A DNA stretch of 64,000 bases from Pseudohongiellaceae bacterium (GTDB lineage: Bacteria; Pseudomonadota; Gammaproteobacteria; Pseudomonadales; Pseudohongiellaceae): positions 3,232-67,231 of the forward strand of contig JBLHTH010000001.1 in assembly GCA_047627195.1 (NCBI GenBank), read 5' to 3'. The notes beneath the pieces were generated by a model. The model saw only the letters and a list, made by a program, of their open reading frames with translations, searched no databases and was not told the DNA's origin. Below, in pieces: positions 63,864-64,000 of the stretch. Every line of letters starts with the position of its first letter. Positions within the stretch are counted from its first letter, which is position 1. The translations under genes and the position numbers were made by a program.

Positions 63864-64000
63864 ATGGTTACTCATCGTGTACATCTATCTATTCCAGCAG
63901 AGCGCTACGTCGCTCTGTATTCAGGTAAAGTGAAATTTGTTCGAGCTGTTAGCGAGGGCGGGTTGCGGGTTGAGTTTCCTGGCTCAATCTTGAATCGTTT
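63864..64000 (+). CDS. DUF2835-like small protein (3' end cut by window edge)
   Basis: ATG 63864 lies 11 nt after the gdhB stop. MVTHRVHLSIPAERYVALYSGKVKFVRAVSEGGLRVEFPGSILNR fits my recollection of the DUF2835 pattern (Y..G....V.....G.R..FP...L). Only 45 codons are visible. Confidence 0.5.
   Translation, partial: MVTHRVHLSIPAERYVALYSGKVKFVRAVSEGGLRVEFPGSILNR

Noticed and set aside
1-64000. Search for mobile elements, prophage remnants, defence or toxin-antitoxin genes, and tRNA, rRNA, tmRNA or SRP RNA genes.
   Set aside because: No transposase, integrase, recombinase, nuclease/helicase defence signature, tRNA T-arm consensus or known RNA motif was recognised by eye. Gene order matches conserved housekeeping synteny, so the window looks like core chromosome rather than an island. 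A covariance-model scan would be needed to exclude small RNAs.

Overview
This 64-kb window looks like a gammaproteobacterial chromosome, probably of a Pseudomonadales/Cellvibrionales-like marine lineage. That assignment is an inference from protein motifs and gene order. The window is almost entirely coding and is dominated by core functions. (1) Positions 1-23.4 kb hold a respiratory block: Na+-NQR (nqrB partial, then nqrC-F), its maturation genes apbE and nqrM, the soluble transhydrogenase sthA, a CBS-pair protein, and a complete 13-gene nuoA-N operon with fused nuoCD. (2) Positions 23.4-30.9 kb begin with an 837-bp ORF-poor gap carrying a hexanucleotide microsatellite. This is followed by a SAM methyltransferase, gpsA, a DUF4389-like membrane protein, sixA, an OmpA-like exported protein, folE (minus strand), prmB and aroC. 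(3) Positions 30.9-46.9 kb hold the conserved supraoperon leuC-leuD-asd-fimV-truA-trpF-trpB-trpA-accD-folC-dedD(SPOR)-cvpA-purF. leuB is absent, and a 12-nt minisatellite sits just before trpF. (4) Positions 47.0-58.8 kb hold two convergent MoxR AAA+/DUF58 modules. One pairs with a membrane transglutaminase (TgpA-like). The other is a six-gene Bat-like VWA/TPR operon. They are separated by yciH (SUI1). (5) Positions 59.0-63.9 kb hold the 1617-aa NAD-glutamate dehydrogenase gdhB, followed by the start of a DUF2835-like gene. I found no tRNA or rRNA genes, CRISPR arrays, transposases, integrases, phage genes or recognisable defence or toxin genes. I do not see a clearly novel system. The least understood parts are the paired MoxR modules, the post-nuoN gap and the two intergenic tandem repeats. 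All calls come from reading the translations; no database search was run.
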